Shown: positions 18,274-28,421, counted from the stretch's first letter. The stretch: DNA of 64,000 nucleotides from an uncultured Bacteroidales bacterium (GCA_949285735.1 CASEAQ010000021.1:5737-69736), one strand, 5' to 3'. Numbers and translations: made by a program. Notes: generated by a model not told the origin, from the letters alone.

Positions 18274-20310
18274 TTATTTTATCAAAGTGGCATAGTCGCG
18301 CGAGTAACGCAACATTTGCTCTGCATATCCTTCGCTGTAGTCAACAGTGACATCGGTAACGTTGCCAGCCTCGTCGGTTACAAGGGTATAAACAGGGTTT
18401 ACAAATCCCTTGTAGGGGGCGATGTTCAACTTGGCGTAGCGGTCGAGCACTTCCTTGTGCAATTCGGGGTCAAACTTGACTGCATACTTTTCTACCATGT
18501 CACGACCGGCAGCATAGTCGCCTTCCGACTTGATGCGCTGTATCTCGCCAAGCAGCTTGCCAAACAAGCCACGCAGCTTCTCATAATCGTTAATCTTCAA
18601 GAATGTTTTACCGTCGCGCTTAACATATTCTATCACATTGTCGGCTTTGCCTTGCTCGTATGCCCATTGGCAAATCAAGTGGCGGTTGCGCATGTGTGCC
18701 TCTTCGATGTCCTTGCCAGGCTCGATGCGTGTGAGCTGCGTCATAAGCCCATTCATCACATACTTGTAATATTCAGCCTTGTAAGTGTCGGGGCTGGTAA
18801 CGATACCCAATTCTATCAACTTGGGATCGGCAAGGTAATAGAGTGCAAACAGGTCGGCACGAGCCTCTTCGAGTGTCGAGCCATGCTCCTTCAGTGCATC
18901 GTCGTGCACTCCTGGCATCAGTTGACCCGAAGCGTGGCCAAGGCATTCATGCAGATCGGTGTGCAAGTTGTCGGCAAGTTCGAGGTAATTGTTCATCAAG
19001 TCGATTTCCTCTTGCGAATAAGCAAACTCCTCGTTGAAGCCGTTGCCGGCGGCAGCCTTGTTATAGGCATCGGTGATGTTTTCGAGTGTCACCGACTTCG
19101 AACCGTGAGCTGCGCGAATCCAGTTGGCATTCGGCAAGTTGATACCGATAGGTGTCGAAGGATAGCAGTCGCCGGCAAGTATCGCCGTTGTGATAACCTT
19201 GGCAGAAACGCCCTTCACTTCGGCTTTCTTATACTTGTCGTCAACGGGCGAGTTGTCTTCAAACCACTGCGCATTTTCGCTAATCACGCTTGTGCGGTGC
19301 GAAGCCTCGGGATTGCGGAAGTTTACCATTGCCTCCCACGAAGCCTTCAACCCGAGCGGGTCGCCATACGACTCAATGAAACCGTTAACGAAATCGACAC
19401 TGCTGCCGGTTTCCTCAACCCACATTATCGAATATTCGTCGAACAACTTCAAGTCGCCCGTCTTGTAATATTCAACGAGCTTGTCGATATAGTTCTTCAT
19501 GCCCTCGGTTTCGGCAACGCTGGCAGCCTTTTCGAGCCAATACACGATTTTCTCTATTGCCGGAGAATACAAGCCGCCAACCTTATACACGTCTTCATAT
19601 ATTTTGCCGTCTTTCTTCACGAGTTTCGAGTTCAATCCGTAAGAAATAGGGGTCGTATCGCCAGGCACTTTCATCTTGGCATAGAAAGCCTCAACCTCTT
19701 TTTGGCTTACGCCATCATAGTAGTTGTTGGCAGAGGTCTCAATCAAGTCAACACCTGCGGCTTGGTTCACGCGCTTTGCCATCACTGTCGGGTCGAAAAT
19801 CACAGGAGTCAATTCCTCAATCAATCCCTCAACCGTCTGTCCCTCGGCAAGTGGCAACTGCTCGGCAGGAACAGCCTTCACTTGCTCGGCAAAAAACTCC
19901 TTGCTGAAGTTGGGTACAAACTTGTCCATCGAGTAGTGGTGGTGAATGCCATTGGCAAACCACACTTGCTTCAAGTATTCCTCAAAGCCCTTGTAGTCGG
20001 CTGTCGTCTTGTCTCCGCTGTAATTGGTGTAAATTCCTTCGAGCGTCTTGCGTATGGCAAGGTTGTACTTGCAGTTTTGATCAAACAAGATGTCGCGCCC
20101 CACGAGGGCAGCCTCGCTCAGATAATAAATAAGCTCTTTTTGCTTCAGCGACAAGTCCTCGAACCCGGGTACGCGGTAGCGCAGCACCTCGATGTCGGCA
20201 AACTTGTCAACACCATACTCAAACGGAGCCTCTTCGGTCGTCGAGCCTTGGTTAGTGCAGCTTGAAATTGCCACAGCCATTGCAACTGTTGAAATTAAAA
20301 ATTTGTTCAT
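18274..20310 (-). CDS. dipeptidyl-peptidase III (M49 family), lipoprotein
   Basis: M49 zinc motifs HECLGH and EEARAD, and a signal peptide with lipobox AISSC; 678 aa. Confidence 0.9.
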   Translation of the reverse strand: MNKFLISTVAMAVAISSCTNQGSTTEEAPFEYGVDKFADIEVLRYRVPGFEDLSLKQKELIYYLSEAALVGRDILFDQNCKYNLAIRKTLEGIYTNYSGDKTTADYKGFEEYLKQVWFANGIHHHYSMDKFVPNFSKEFFAEQVKAVPAEQLPLAEGQTVEGLIEELTPVIFDPTVMAKRVNQAAGVDLIETSANNYYDGVSQKEVEAFYAKMKVPGDTTPISYGLNSKLVKKDGKIYEDVYKVGGLYSPAIEKIVYWLEKAASVAETEGMKNYIDKLVEYYKTGDLKLFDEYSIMWVEETGSSVDFVNGFIESYGDPLGLKASWEAMVNFRNPEASHRTSVISENAQWFEDNSPVDDKYKKAEVKGVSAKVITTAILAGDCYPSTPIGINLPNANWIRAAHGSKSVTLENITDAYNKAAAGNGFNEEFAYSQEEIDLMNNYLELADNLHTDLHECLGHASGQLMPGVHDDALKEHGSTLEEARADLFALYYLADPKLIELGIVTSPDTYKAEYYKYVMNGLMTQLTRIEPGKDIEEAHMRNRHLICQWAYEQGKADNVIEYVKRDGKTFLKINDYEKLRGLFGKLLGEIQRIKSEGDYAAGRDMVEKYAVKFDPELHKEVLDRYAKLNIAPYKGFVNPVYTLVTDEAGNVTDVTVDYSEGYAEQMLRYSRDYATLIK

Positions 20311-20335
20311 CGAAATTTATACTTATTAATAATTG

Positions 20336-21520
20336 TCATTCCACATACAATACAAGCCCCTTGAGGTACTCGCCCTCGGGGTGGTATATGTTGATGGGGT
20401 GGTCGGCTGGTTGCGACAACTGGTGCAATATCCTCACCTTGCGTCGCGACTGCGCCGCGGCACTGAACACTGCCAGGCGGAACTGCTCCTTCGACACTGC
20501 CTGCGAGCAAGAGAAGGTGAACAATATGCCGCCCCGCGCAATTTTCTCGAATGCCTTGCCATTGAGCTTGCGATAGCCTATCAGGGCATTTTTCAATGCA
20601 CTCTTGTGCTTGGCAAATGCCGGAGGGTCAAGTATGATTAGGTCATACTGCCCCTGTTGCATTTGCTGGAGATATTTGAAGGCATCTTCGGCAAACGCCT
20701 TGTGACGCTCGTCGCCGGCAAAGTTCAGAGCCACATTCTCGTTGGTGAGGCTTATTGCCTTTGCCGAACTGTCAACCGAATGCACCAACTCGGCACCTCC
20801 GCGCATGGCATAAAACGAAAAGCCTCCAGTGTAGCAAAACATATTCAGCACTCGCCGCCCGGCAGAATAATGCTCAAGCAACGAGCGGTTTTCACGTTGA
20901 TCCACGAAGAAGCCCGTCTTTTGCCCACGCAACCAGTCAACATGGAATTTCAGTCCGTTTTCAACTGCCACGTCGGTGTCGTAACCGCCCACGATGTAAC
21001 CGTTTTCGGCATCAAGCTCTGCCTTGTAGGGCAACGTGGTTTCCGACTTGTAATACACGTTCTTTATCTCTACGCCTTGCAAGTGCGTCAATGCATTGGC
21101 AATCTTGTACCTGTCGAAGTGCATACCCGGCGAATGCGCCTGCAAGACGGCTGTCGAGCCATACACGTCAACCACAAGACCGGGCAGGAAGTCGCCCTCA
21201 CCATGCACAAGGCGAAACGAGTTGTTGTCGGCGCGCAGCAACTGCAAGCTCTTGCGAAGCTCCATTGCAGCCTGCAATCGCTCTTGGTAGAACGCCTCGT
21301 CGATGGCACCGTCGCCCCACGCAAGCATTCTCACGCAGATGCTGCCCACTTGGAAATGTCCGTTGCCAATGAGCGACCCGTCGGCGGCATACACCGACAC
21401 CGTATCGCCCTCTTCAACCGTCTCGTCGATTGAGTCGATGGCTCCCGAGAACACCCAAGGGTGGAACCGCTTGAGCGAGTCTTCCTTGCCTTTCTTCAAT
21501 ATCACTTTCTTGTATGTCAT
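20336..21520 (-). CDS. rlmI: class I SAM-dependent 23S rRNA (cytosine-C5) methyltransferase RlmI-like
   Basis: N-terminal PUA-like region (HPWVFSGAI), central domain, and a SAM-binding fold (VLNMFCYTGGFS, DLIILDPPAF). Confidence 0.85.
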   Translation of the reverse strand: MTYKKVILKKGKEDSLKRFHPWVFSGAIDSIDETVEEGDTVSVYAADGSLIGNGHFQVGSICVRMLAWGDGAIDEAFYQERLQAAMELRKSLQLLRADNNSFRLVHGEGDFLPGLVVDVYGSTAVLQAHSPGMHFDRYKIANALTHLQGVEIKNVYYKSETTLPYKAELDAENGYIVGGYDTDVAVENGLKFHVDWLRGQKTGFFVDQRENRSLLEHYSAGRRVLNMFCYTGGFSFYAMRGGAELVHSVDSSAKAISLTNENVALNFAGDERHKAFAEDAFKYLQQMQQGQYDLIILDPPAFAKHKSALKNALIGYRKLNGKAFEKIARGGILFTFSCSQAVSKEQFRLAVFSAAAQSRRKVRILHQLSQPADHPINIYHPEGEYLKGLVLYVE

Positions 21521-21535
21521 AGTCGTGTTGCTTTG

Positions 21536-22903
21536 CTATTTGAAAAAGAACCTGTATATATCGTTGCCATTGGCATAAATGAGCAGCAGGAACAAGAATG
21601 CCATTCCTGCAATCTGCGCATTTTCCATGAATTTCTCGCTCGGCTGACGACGCGTAATTATCTCATAGAGCAGGAACAGCACATGGCCGCCGTCGAGAGC
21701 CGGAATTGGCAATATGTTCATGAATGCAAGTATCACCGACAAGAATGCCGTTACCGACCAGAATGATTCCCAATTCCATTTTTCAGGGAATATGCTGCCT
21801 ATCGCACCGAAGCCGCCAAGCTGCTGCACGCCGTCCGACGTGAACACGTACTTCATTTGCGACACATAGCTCGACAACTTCTCAACCCCCAGCGATATGC
21901 CTCGCGGAATCGAAGCCCACAGCGAATATTCCTTGGTTGTCGTGTTATATATCTCGGTTATCGGTGCAAGCAGTATGCCCAATTTTCCCGAATTGTCAAT
22001 CTCGGCATTCACCGTCAACGGCTTCCCGTCACGTAGCACGGTCACGGGCACCACGGTTCCTGCATGGCGGTCGAGCTGTTTCTTGAAGTCGGTATAGGCT
22101 GTTGTGGCAACCGAGTCAACGGCTATCACCTTGTCGAGCTTTTGCAGCCCAGCCTTTTTTGCGCCCATGCCAGGCTGCACATCGGCAACCACTACTGGAT
22201 AGCGGTACATCATGAAGGGTATCCCCTCCTCAGCCTCGGCATTGGCAGTGAAAATGTAATTCTCGGGAATATTGATTGCAATAGTGTCGCTGCCATTGCG
22301 CAACACGGTCACCGTCTTTGCCCCAAGCATCTTCATCAATTCGTCACCACTCAAGTAGGAAAGTTCCTCACCGTCGGCGGCAAGCGGTATGTCGCCATCC
22401 TTGAAGCCTATCTCATGTGCCGACTCACAAAATTCCATGCCCTCGGTAGCATCGCGGAATGTGATATACTGTTCGCCCCAGGCATATACCATGCCGGCGT
22501 AAATGATTATGGCAAGAATGAAGTTGAACAACACTCCACCCACCATTATCAACAATCGCTGCCAAGCCGGCTTGGCGCGGAACTCCCACGACTTCACGGG
22601 CTGCTTCATCTGCTCCTTGTCCATCGACTCGTCGATCATGCCGGCTATCTTGCAATAGCCGCCAAGGGGCAACCACCCTATCCCATACTCCGTGTCGCGC
22701 CACGAAGCCTTGTTCTCGTCGGCACCTTCTTTCTTCTTGGGCTTATACTTGAATAGCGTGAACCACGGATTGAAAAACAAGTAGAATTTCTCAACCCTCA
22801 CGCCGAAAATCCGAGAAAACAAATAATGCCCAAATTCATGCACAAGCACCAATATGGCAAATGCGAGCATCAATTGGGCTGCCTTAATCAAAAATGTCTC
22901 CAT
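21536..22903 (-). CDS. rseP: RIP site-2 metalloprotease RseP (M50)
   Basis: HEFGHY zinc motif in TM1, PDZ domains, and NILPIPALDGG near the C-terminus. Confidence 0.93.
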   Translation of the reverse strand: METFLIKAAQLMLAFAILVLVHEFGHYLFSRIFGVRVEKFYLFFNPWFTLFKYKPKKKEGADENKASWRDTEYGIGWLPLGGYCKIAGMIDESMDKEQMKQPVKSWEFRAKPAWQRLLIMVGGVLFNFILAIIIYAGMVYAWGEQYITFRDATEGMEFCESAHEIGFKDGDIPLAADGEELSYLSGDELMKMLGAKTVTVLRNGSDTIAINIPENYIFTANAEAEEGIPFMMYRYPVVVADVQPGMGAKKAGLQKLDKVIAVDSVATTAYTDFKKQLDRHAGTVVPVTVLRDGKPLTVNAEIDNSGKLGILLAPITEIYNTTTKEYSLWASIPRGISLGVEKLSSYVSQMKYVFTSDGVQQLGGFGAIGSIFPEKWNWESFWSVTAFLSVILAFMNILPIPALDGGHVLFLLYEIITRRQPSEKFMENAQIAGMAFLFLLLIYANGNDIYRFFFK

Positions 22904-22925
22904 CTGAAATTATATATGTTCTTTT

Positions 22926-24086
22926 TTATTTTTGCAACAACGCCGATGCCACACGGCGCGCTTCTTGGTTGGTAACCACAAAATCATCGTATGTAGGTTT
23001 CTCGATGAACGCCATCGAGTCGATAGTGTGCTGCACCATCTCGGGAATATCCACAAAGCGTATCTCATCGTGCAAGAATGCAGCTACAGCCACCTCATTG
23101 GCGGCATTGAGCACACATGGCACGTTTCCGCCCCGGCGGATTGCATCGAATGCCATGCCGAGCATCGGGAATTTGTCCATGTCGGGCTGCTCAAACGTGA
23201 GCTGCGCATAGTCGGCAACGCTGAGCCTGCGGTCGCTCGAGGGCAAACGTCGAGGCACCCCCAAAGCATAACGAATGGGCAGATGCATATCGGGCAAGCC
23301 CAGTTGGGCTTTTACCGACCCATCGACAAACTCCACCATCGAATGTACTATCGACTGCGGGTGGACAACCACCTCGATGCGGTCGGCATCAATGCCAAAC
23401 AACCACTTAGCTTCAATCACTTCAAACCCCTTGTTCATCATCGTTGCCGAGTCGATGGTGATTTTTGCCCCCATGCTCCAGTTTGGATGGTGCAAGGCAT
23501 CGGCTTTAGTCACATTCTGCAAATCAGCCTTGCTCTTGGTACGGAACGGTCCGCCCGAAGCCGTGAGTAGCAACTTCGACACCGACGAAGGGTCTTCGCC
23601 TACGAGGCACTGGTAAATGGCACCGTGTTCCGAGTCGATTGGATAGAGGTGCGTGCCATGTTGTTTCACGAGCGAAGTTATCAATTCGCCTGCCACCACA
23701 AGGGTCTCCTTGTTGGCAAGGGCTATTTCTTTCCCTGCCTTAATTGCATTAATCGTGGGGGCAAGTCCGCTATACCCCACCATTGCAGTCACCACGGTAT
23801 CAATCTCAGCTGCCGTTACAGCATCGGCTATCGCATCGGCACCAGCCAACACTTTTATTTCCAAGCCCGACAGTCGGTTGCACAACTCGCCGTGCAACGT
23901 TTCATCGCCAATAATTACGCACTGCGGACGAAACCTGATGGCTTGCTCGGCAAGCAATTCCACACTGCGGTTGGCAACAAGCAGGCAGGGGGCAAACAAG
24001 TCGGGATATTCGGCAATCACGTCGAGCGTCTGCCTTCCTATCGAACCGGTGCTACCCAATATAGCTATTTGTTTCTTCTTTTCCAC
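22926..24086 (-). CDS. dxr: 1-deoxy-D-xylulose-5-phosphate reductoisomerase
   Basis: GSTGSIG NADPH-binding loop, LANKE, and NAANE near the C-terminus. The start codon is GTG. Confidence 0.95.
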   Translation of the reverse strand: MEKKKQIAILGSTGSIGRQTLDVIAEYPDLFAPCLLVANRSVELLAEQAIRFRPQCVIIGDETLHGELCNRLSGLEIKVLAGADAIADAVTAAEIDTVVTAMVGYSGLAPTINAIKAGKEIALANKETLVVAGELITSLVKQHGTHLYPIDSEHGAIYQCLVGEDPSSVSKLLLTASGGPFRTKSKADLQNVTKADALHHPNWSMGAKITIDSATMMNKGFEVIEAKWLFGIDADRIEVVVHPQSIVHSMVEFVDGSVKAQLGLPDMHLPIRYALGVPRRLPSSDRRLSVADYAQLTFEQPDMDKFPMLGMAFDAIRRGGNVPCVLNAANEVAVAAFLHDEIRFVDIPEMVQHTIDSMAFIEKPTYDDFVVTNQEARRVASALLQK

Positions 24087-24295
24087 GCTTAAATTTTATA
24101 ACTGACAAAATTAGCGCATAATTCTCGTATATAGAAACAGATTAAGAAATTTTGTAGAATTACCCCCTCTACCCTGCACAACACCCACCAGACACAACAG
24201 GCTTCCACAATTGCACTCATAACTACACCGTGCGCCCCTACAAGATAACATAAAACCACATTCCGACGCACCCTCAACTTCCCCAAAAACAAAAT

Positions 24296-24333
24296 CAACA
24301 AAAAAGCGCAGAGGGAGAAATTCCCCTCCACGC
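24296..24333 (-). terminator. probable terminator of serA
   Basis: On the minus strand: GCG..GGAGGG / CCCTC..CGC hairpin followed by TTTTTTG. Confidence 0.5.
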
Positions 24334-24375
24334 CAAAACATTTATCATAATCGTGTGCCTTGCGGCATCCGGTTA

Positions 24376-25293
24376 TTACTTATTCACTTGGAACTTGTTC
24401 CAACCATCTTTCAAGAAAGCAACCACTTGCTCGGCTGCCGCAATGCCTGCCTTAATGTTGGCTTCTGACGTTTGTGCGCCCATCTTCTTGGGAGTGAAGA
24501 ACACACGGTCGCCGAAGCGTTCCTTCATTGCATCGGCAAGGTCGGGCTTTACATCGGCGATATACCGCAAGTCCTGACGTTCGTCAAGCGCAGCCATAAG
24601 GCTCTCTTCGTCGATAACCTCCTTGCGGGCAGTGTTGATGAGGATGCCTTTCTTCGGCAACTTCACTACCAACTCCTTCACCACCGACTTCTTGGTCTTG
24701 TCGTTGGCAGGAATGTGCAACGACACGATGTCGCTCTTGGCATAAAGCTCTTCAACGCTGGCAACTGGAGTAACCCCCTCGGCTTCCATAGCCTCGTTGC
24801 TCACAAACGGGTCGTGAGCCAAGACAGTCATGCCAAAGCCCTTGGCTATGCGAGCTACATTGCGGCCAACCTGTCCATAGGCATGGATACCTATCGTTTT
24901 CTCCTTCAACTCGCTGCCCGATGTGCCATTGTAATAATTGCGGTAGAGCATCACCAACAAGCCGAAAACGAGTTCTGCCACTGCGTTGGAGTTCTGCCCC
25001 GGGGTGTTCATCACGCAAATCCCCTTGGCTGTGGCTTCGTTCAGATCGATATTGTCATATCCAGCACCTGCGCGTACCACCACTTTCAGTTCCTTGGCGC
25101 AATCAAGCACTTCCTTGTCAACCTTGTCACTGCGGACAATCAGCCCGGCGACGTCGGCAACGGCAGCCTTCAGGTCATCTTTCGTACCCTTTTCGAGCAA
25201 CACCAATTCATGTCCTGCGGCTTCGACCACCTCTCTGATACCTTCCACAGCCACTGGCGCAAAAGGCTTTTCGGTTGCTACTAATATTTTCAT
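24376..25293 (-). CDS. serA: D-3-phosphoglycerate dehydrogenase (2-hydroxyacid dehydrogenase family)
   Basis: NAD-binding GIHAYGQVGRNVA motif and a position directly downstream of serC. I prefer the MKILVATEK start at 25293; the track start at 25329 would overlap serC. Confidence 0.88.
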   Translation of the reverse strand: MKILVATEKPFAPVAVEGIREVVEAAGHELVLLEKGTKDDLKAAVADVAGLIVRSDKVDKEVLDCAKELKVVVRAGAGYDNIDLNEATAKGICVMNTPGQNSNAVAELVFGLLVMLYRNYYNGTSGSELKEKTIGIHAYGQVGRNVARIAKGFGMTVLAHDPFVSNEAMEAEGVTPVASVEELYAKSDIVSLHIPANDKTKKSVVKELVVKLPKKGILINTARKEVIDEESLMAALDERQDLRYIADVKPDLADAMKERFGDRVFFTPKKMGAQTSEANIKAGIAAAEQVVAFLKDGWNKFQVNK

Positions 25294-25312
25294 AGTATGG
25301 GAATTGGTTTTA

Positions 25313-26380
25313 TTAATGGTTGTTTTCAAATTCCTTCATTGCGTCAATCAGCACTTGCACGCTCGACATCGGCATTGCATTGTAAAGCGATGCACGGAAG
25401 CCGCCTACGCTGCGGTGCCCCTTGATGCCTACGATGCCCTTGGTCGATGCAAAATCGATGAAGTCTTTTTCAAGCTCCTTATATTCGGGCTTCATTACGA
25501 AGCACACATTCATTATAGAGCGGTCTTCGGCAACTGTTGTGCCCACAAACATCTTGCTGCTGTCGATTGCGTCATACAGTGCAGCGGCTTTTGCCTTGTC
25601 GAGTTCTTCGAGCTTCTTCACGCCACCCATTTCCTTATACCACTTCAGCGTCTGCAATGCCGAGTAGATAGGCAACACTGGCGGAGTGTTGAACATCGAC
25701 CCCTTCGAGATGTGGGTGCGGTAGTCGAGCATGGTGGGTATGACACGGTCAACGTGCCCCACAGCCGATTCCTTTACGATAACGAGTGTAACGCCAGCAG
25801 GAGCCAAATTCTTTTGTGCGCCGGCATATATCAAATCATACTTCGACACGTCAACAGGGCGCGAGAAAATGTCGCTCGACATATCGGCAACCATTGGAAC
25901 TGGCGAGTCAAGGTCGGTACGCAATTCAGTGCCATATATCGTGTTGTTGGTAGTGATGTGGAAATAGTCGGCATCGGCTGGAATCACGTAATCCTTCGGG
26001 ATAAATGTGTAATTGGCTTCTTTCGACGAAGCAACCACGTCAACGTCGCCAAAGAGTTTTGCCTCCTTGATTGCCTTGTTTGCCCATGTACCCGTATCGA
26101 GGTATGCTGCTTTGTTCTTCAGCAAGTTATATGGAACCATGCAGAACTGGAGGCTGGCACCGCCACCAAGGAACAATACATGATAACCCTCTGGCACTTC
26201 CAACAATTCTTTTACCATTGCAGCGGCTTCTTCAATCACTGCCGAAAACTCCTTGCTCCTGTGCGAAATTTCCAATATCGACAACCCTGTGCCGGCAAAA
26301 TCCTTTACGGCTTCGATGGTGTTGTTTATTGTATATTCACTCAGGATAGATGGTCCTGCATAAAAATTATGTTTCTTCAT
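25313..26380 (-). CDS. serC: 3-phosphoserine/phosphohydroxythreonine aminotransferase
   Basis: [12 protein letters not shown]-terminus and a class V aminotransferase fold with ...YAGAQKN. The track start at 26410 (TTG) lies inside the -7 box, so ATG 26380 is preferred. Confidence 0.93.
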   Translation of the reverse strand: MKKHNFYAGPSILSEYTINNTIEAVKDFAGTGLSILEISHRSKEFSAVIEEAAAMVKELLEVPEGYHVLFLGGGASLQFCMVPYNLLKNKAAYLDTGTWANKAIKEAKLFGDVDVVASSKEANYTFIPKDYVIPADADYFHITTNNTIYGTELRTDLDSPVPMVADMSSDIFSRPVDVSKYDLIYAGAQKNLAPAGVTLVIVKESAVGHVDRVIPTMLDYRTHISKGSMFNTPPVLPIYSALQTLKWYKEMGGVKKLEELDKAKAAALYDAIDSSKMFVGTTVAEDRSIMNVCFVMKPEYKELEKDFIDFASTKGIVGIKGHRSVGGFRASLYNAMPMSSVQVLIDAMKEFENNH

Positions 26381-26407
26381 AATCAATACTGTTAGTTTAT
26401 AGATATG

Positions 26408-26415
26408 CAAATTTA
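26408..26415 (-). promoter_or_regulatory. -7 promoter box TAAATTTG (serC-serA)
   Basis: Exact TAnnTTTG match on the minus strand, 28 nt upstream of the ATG at 26380. Confidence 0.6.
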
Positions 26416-26551
26416 ATATTTTGCCCCCGCATTTTCAAGCAATATACAAAATATTTTCCCATGCCAGCGCGGATCTTCCATTAAAGGCACAAACGGCCTC
26501 TTCCCCTTCACGGCTCTTTCTTTTAAAGTTCATGTAATATATCTACAACGA

Positions 26552-26571
26552 GGGCGGCAAAGCCGTCCAAC
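26552..26571 (+). repeat. REP-like hairpin unit GGGCGGCAAAGCCGTCCAAC (solitary copy)
   Basis: Same 20-nt unit as the four copies at 54.5 kb, with an AAA loop instead of GAA. It is followed by T7 on the plus strand. Confidence 0.7.
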
Positions 26572-26621
26572 TCTTTTTTTAAATGAATTTGCCCCAAGGC
26601 TGCCGCCACACTATGCACTGC

Positions 26622-26662
26622 TATAAAATACAGCAGCGGCAGAAGCCCGAAGCCTCTGCCGC
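26622..26662 (-). terminator. rho-independent terminator of the MFS gene
   Basis: On the minus strand: GGCGGCAGAGGC / GCTTCTGCCGCTGC GC-rich hairpin followed by TGTATTTTAT. Confidence 0.55.
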
Positions 26663-26695
26663 CGCCTCACATATTGCTTTGCATTAAAAACTCTT

Positions 26696-28363
26696 CTATT
26701 CTACCACATTCGGCTCTTCAAGCCCAAGCCCCTTCTTCTTGTCAACCACCTTCAGCACCAGTCCGAGTACCAAAGCAGCCACGCCCAGGCAAGCAAGCAT
26801 CACCAGCGGAGCGGTGTAGTCATACGACACGGCTGCCTCCTCGGCAGTAATAACGCCGTTGGCAAGGTCGGTGACAAGTTGCGGATTGGTCTGGTCGAGC
26901 ACCTTGCCTATGAGCAACGGGAACAGCCACAAACCAATGTTCTGAATCCAGAAAATCAACGCATAGGCACTACCTATAATCTTTGCGTCAACCAACTTAG
27001 GCACACTTGGCCACAACGAAGCTGGAACGAGCGAGAAACTTGCACCAAGCACGAGAATGGTGATATATGCCACAATCACGCCGCCCACGGCATTGTCGCT
27101 GAACATGGGCAACACGAACGCAAAGGTCAGGTGGCAGAAGATGAGCAGCAGCGACCCGAGCACGAGCATAGTGGCAGCCTTACCCTTGTGATCGACATAG
27201 TTGCCAAGTATAGGCGTGATGCCCACTGCAAGCAGCGGGAACACGGCAAACACCGTCTCGGCACTCTGCCTCATGTAGCCCATGTAACAGAACGTCACAA
27301 GTGCCACAACGGCTATGCCCAACAAGATATACCGCAAATTGGCTTTCTTGCAGAAGTTGCTGGCAAACGATGCGGCAGCCACCACGAGCATTATGCAATA
27401 TTGTATGACGGTAACCGTGTTGGTAGCCCAGAACGAATCGGCTGGCACTTCTTCAAACACGAGATTGCACTGGAGCATATTGACTGCATACTTCTGGAAC
27501 GGGAAAATTGCCGAATAATAAAGCACGCACAACAGTGCCACAAGCCAGAAACCGCCGCTCTTGAGTATCGAGCCGATGTCGCTTATCTTGAATGGGTCGT
27601 CCTTCTCCTCTGCCTCGCCCGTCTGCGCGTCGAGTTTCTTGTCCATGAAGAAGTAAACGATAAACATTATCAAGGCAATCATGAGCAGCACCACGCCGAA
27701 TGCCACCGAGCGCGACACGTCGATGTCGCCGCCGAGCCGTGCAAACATCGGCGAGAATATCATGCAAGTGGCAACACCCAACCGGGCAAGAGCCATTTCC
27801 GACCCCATCGCAAGTGCCATTTCGCGCCCCTTGAACCACTTCACGATTCCGCGCGAAACCGTGATGCCAGCCATCTCCACGCCACAACCGAATATCATGA
27901 AGCCCACTGCCGACAACTTGGCAGAAGCAGGCATACCCTTGTAGAACGGCGAAATGCCAAGTTCGTCGAAACCGGGAATGTAATTAAGATTGTCGGTAAA
28001 CCACTGTTCGAGTGCCGTTCCTTGGAACATCTCGGTCACTGCATACCAGTTGATGGTTGCTCCCACCAGCATCACAGCCCCCGACAGCACCGCCGTGAAG
28101 CGCACACCCATCTTGTCGAGAATTATCCCGGCAAAAATCAGGAAGAATACAAACACATTGAGGAAGGTCTCCGACCCCTGCATCGTGCCGAATGCAGTCG
28201 AGTCCCAGCCGCGGGTCGATTGCATCAAGTCCTTGATGGGCGACAAGATGTCCATGAAAATGTAGGAACAGAACATTGCGCCGGCAAGGAACAGCAGCAC
28301 CGTCCAGCGCACTGCCGCCGAATCTCTCAGCGTAGCAGGTTGATTGATTGTTGTTGATGTCAT
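26696..28363 (-). CDS. MFS transporter (555 aa, substrate unknown)
   Basis: About 12-14 TM helices and MFS motif A LDKMGVRFT after TM2. Confidence 0.85.
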   Translation of the reverse strand: MTSTTINQPATLRDSAAVRWTVLLFLAGAMFCSYIFMDILSPIKDLMQSTRGWDSTAFGTMQGSETFLNVFVFFLIFAGIILDKMGVRFTAVLSGAVMLVGATINWYAVTEMFQGTALEQWFTDNLNYIPGFDELGISPFYKGMPASAKLSAVGFMIFGCGVEMAGITVSRGIVKWFKGREMALAMGSEMALARLGVATCMIFSPMFARLGGDIDVSRSVAFGVVLLMIALIMFIVYFFMDKKLDAQTGEAEEKDDPFKISDIGSILKSGGFWLVALLCVLYYSAIFPFQKYAVNMLQCNLVFEEVPADSFWATNTVTVIQYCIMLVVAAASFASNFCKKANLRYILLGIAVVALVTFCYMGYMRQSAETVFAVFPLLAVGITPILGNYVDHKGKAATMLVLGSLLLIFCHLTFAFVLPMFSDNAVGGVIVAYITILVLGASFSLVPASLWPSVPKLVDAKIIGSAYALIFWIQNIGLWLFPLLIGKVLDQTNPQLVTDLANGVITAEEAAVSYDYTAPLVMLACLGVAALVLGLVLKVVDKKKGLGLEEPNVVE

Positions 28364-28413
28364 TTTGCTTATATGTTTTTTACATTATTCTCACCTTTTT
28401 CGCATTCAACTTG

Positions 28414-28421
28414 CAAAAGTA
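28414..28421 (-). promoter_or_regulatory. -7 promoter box TACTTTTG (MFS gene)
   Basis: Exact TAnnTTTG match on the minus strand, 51 nt upstream of the ATG at 28363. Confidence 0.5.

Noticed and set aside
18316-20265. A 649-aa ORF antisense to the DPP III gene, and similar very long antisense ORFs at 748-1602, 10789-11976, 15511-16926, 24986-26395, 26879-28357, 31834-33084 and 56258-58546.
   Set aside because: Each lies entirely inside, and opposite to, a gene with unambiguous family motifs. Their translations are His/Arg/Val/Leu-rich low-information sequence, and none has a TAnnTTTG box upstream. They are typical shadow ORFs produced by codon bias of the real gene.
24089-24341. Two overlapping ~80-aa minus-strand ORFs in the dxr-serA spacer.
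   Set aside because: The open frames are a by-product of the extreme G/T-rich, stop-poor composition of that strand. They also overlap the serA terminator and the dxr promoter region.
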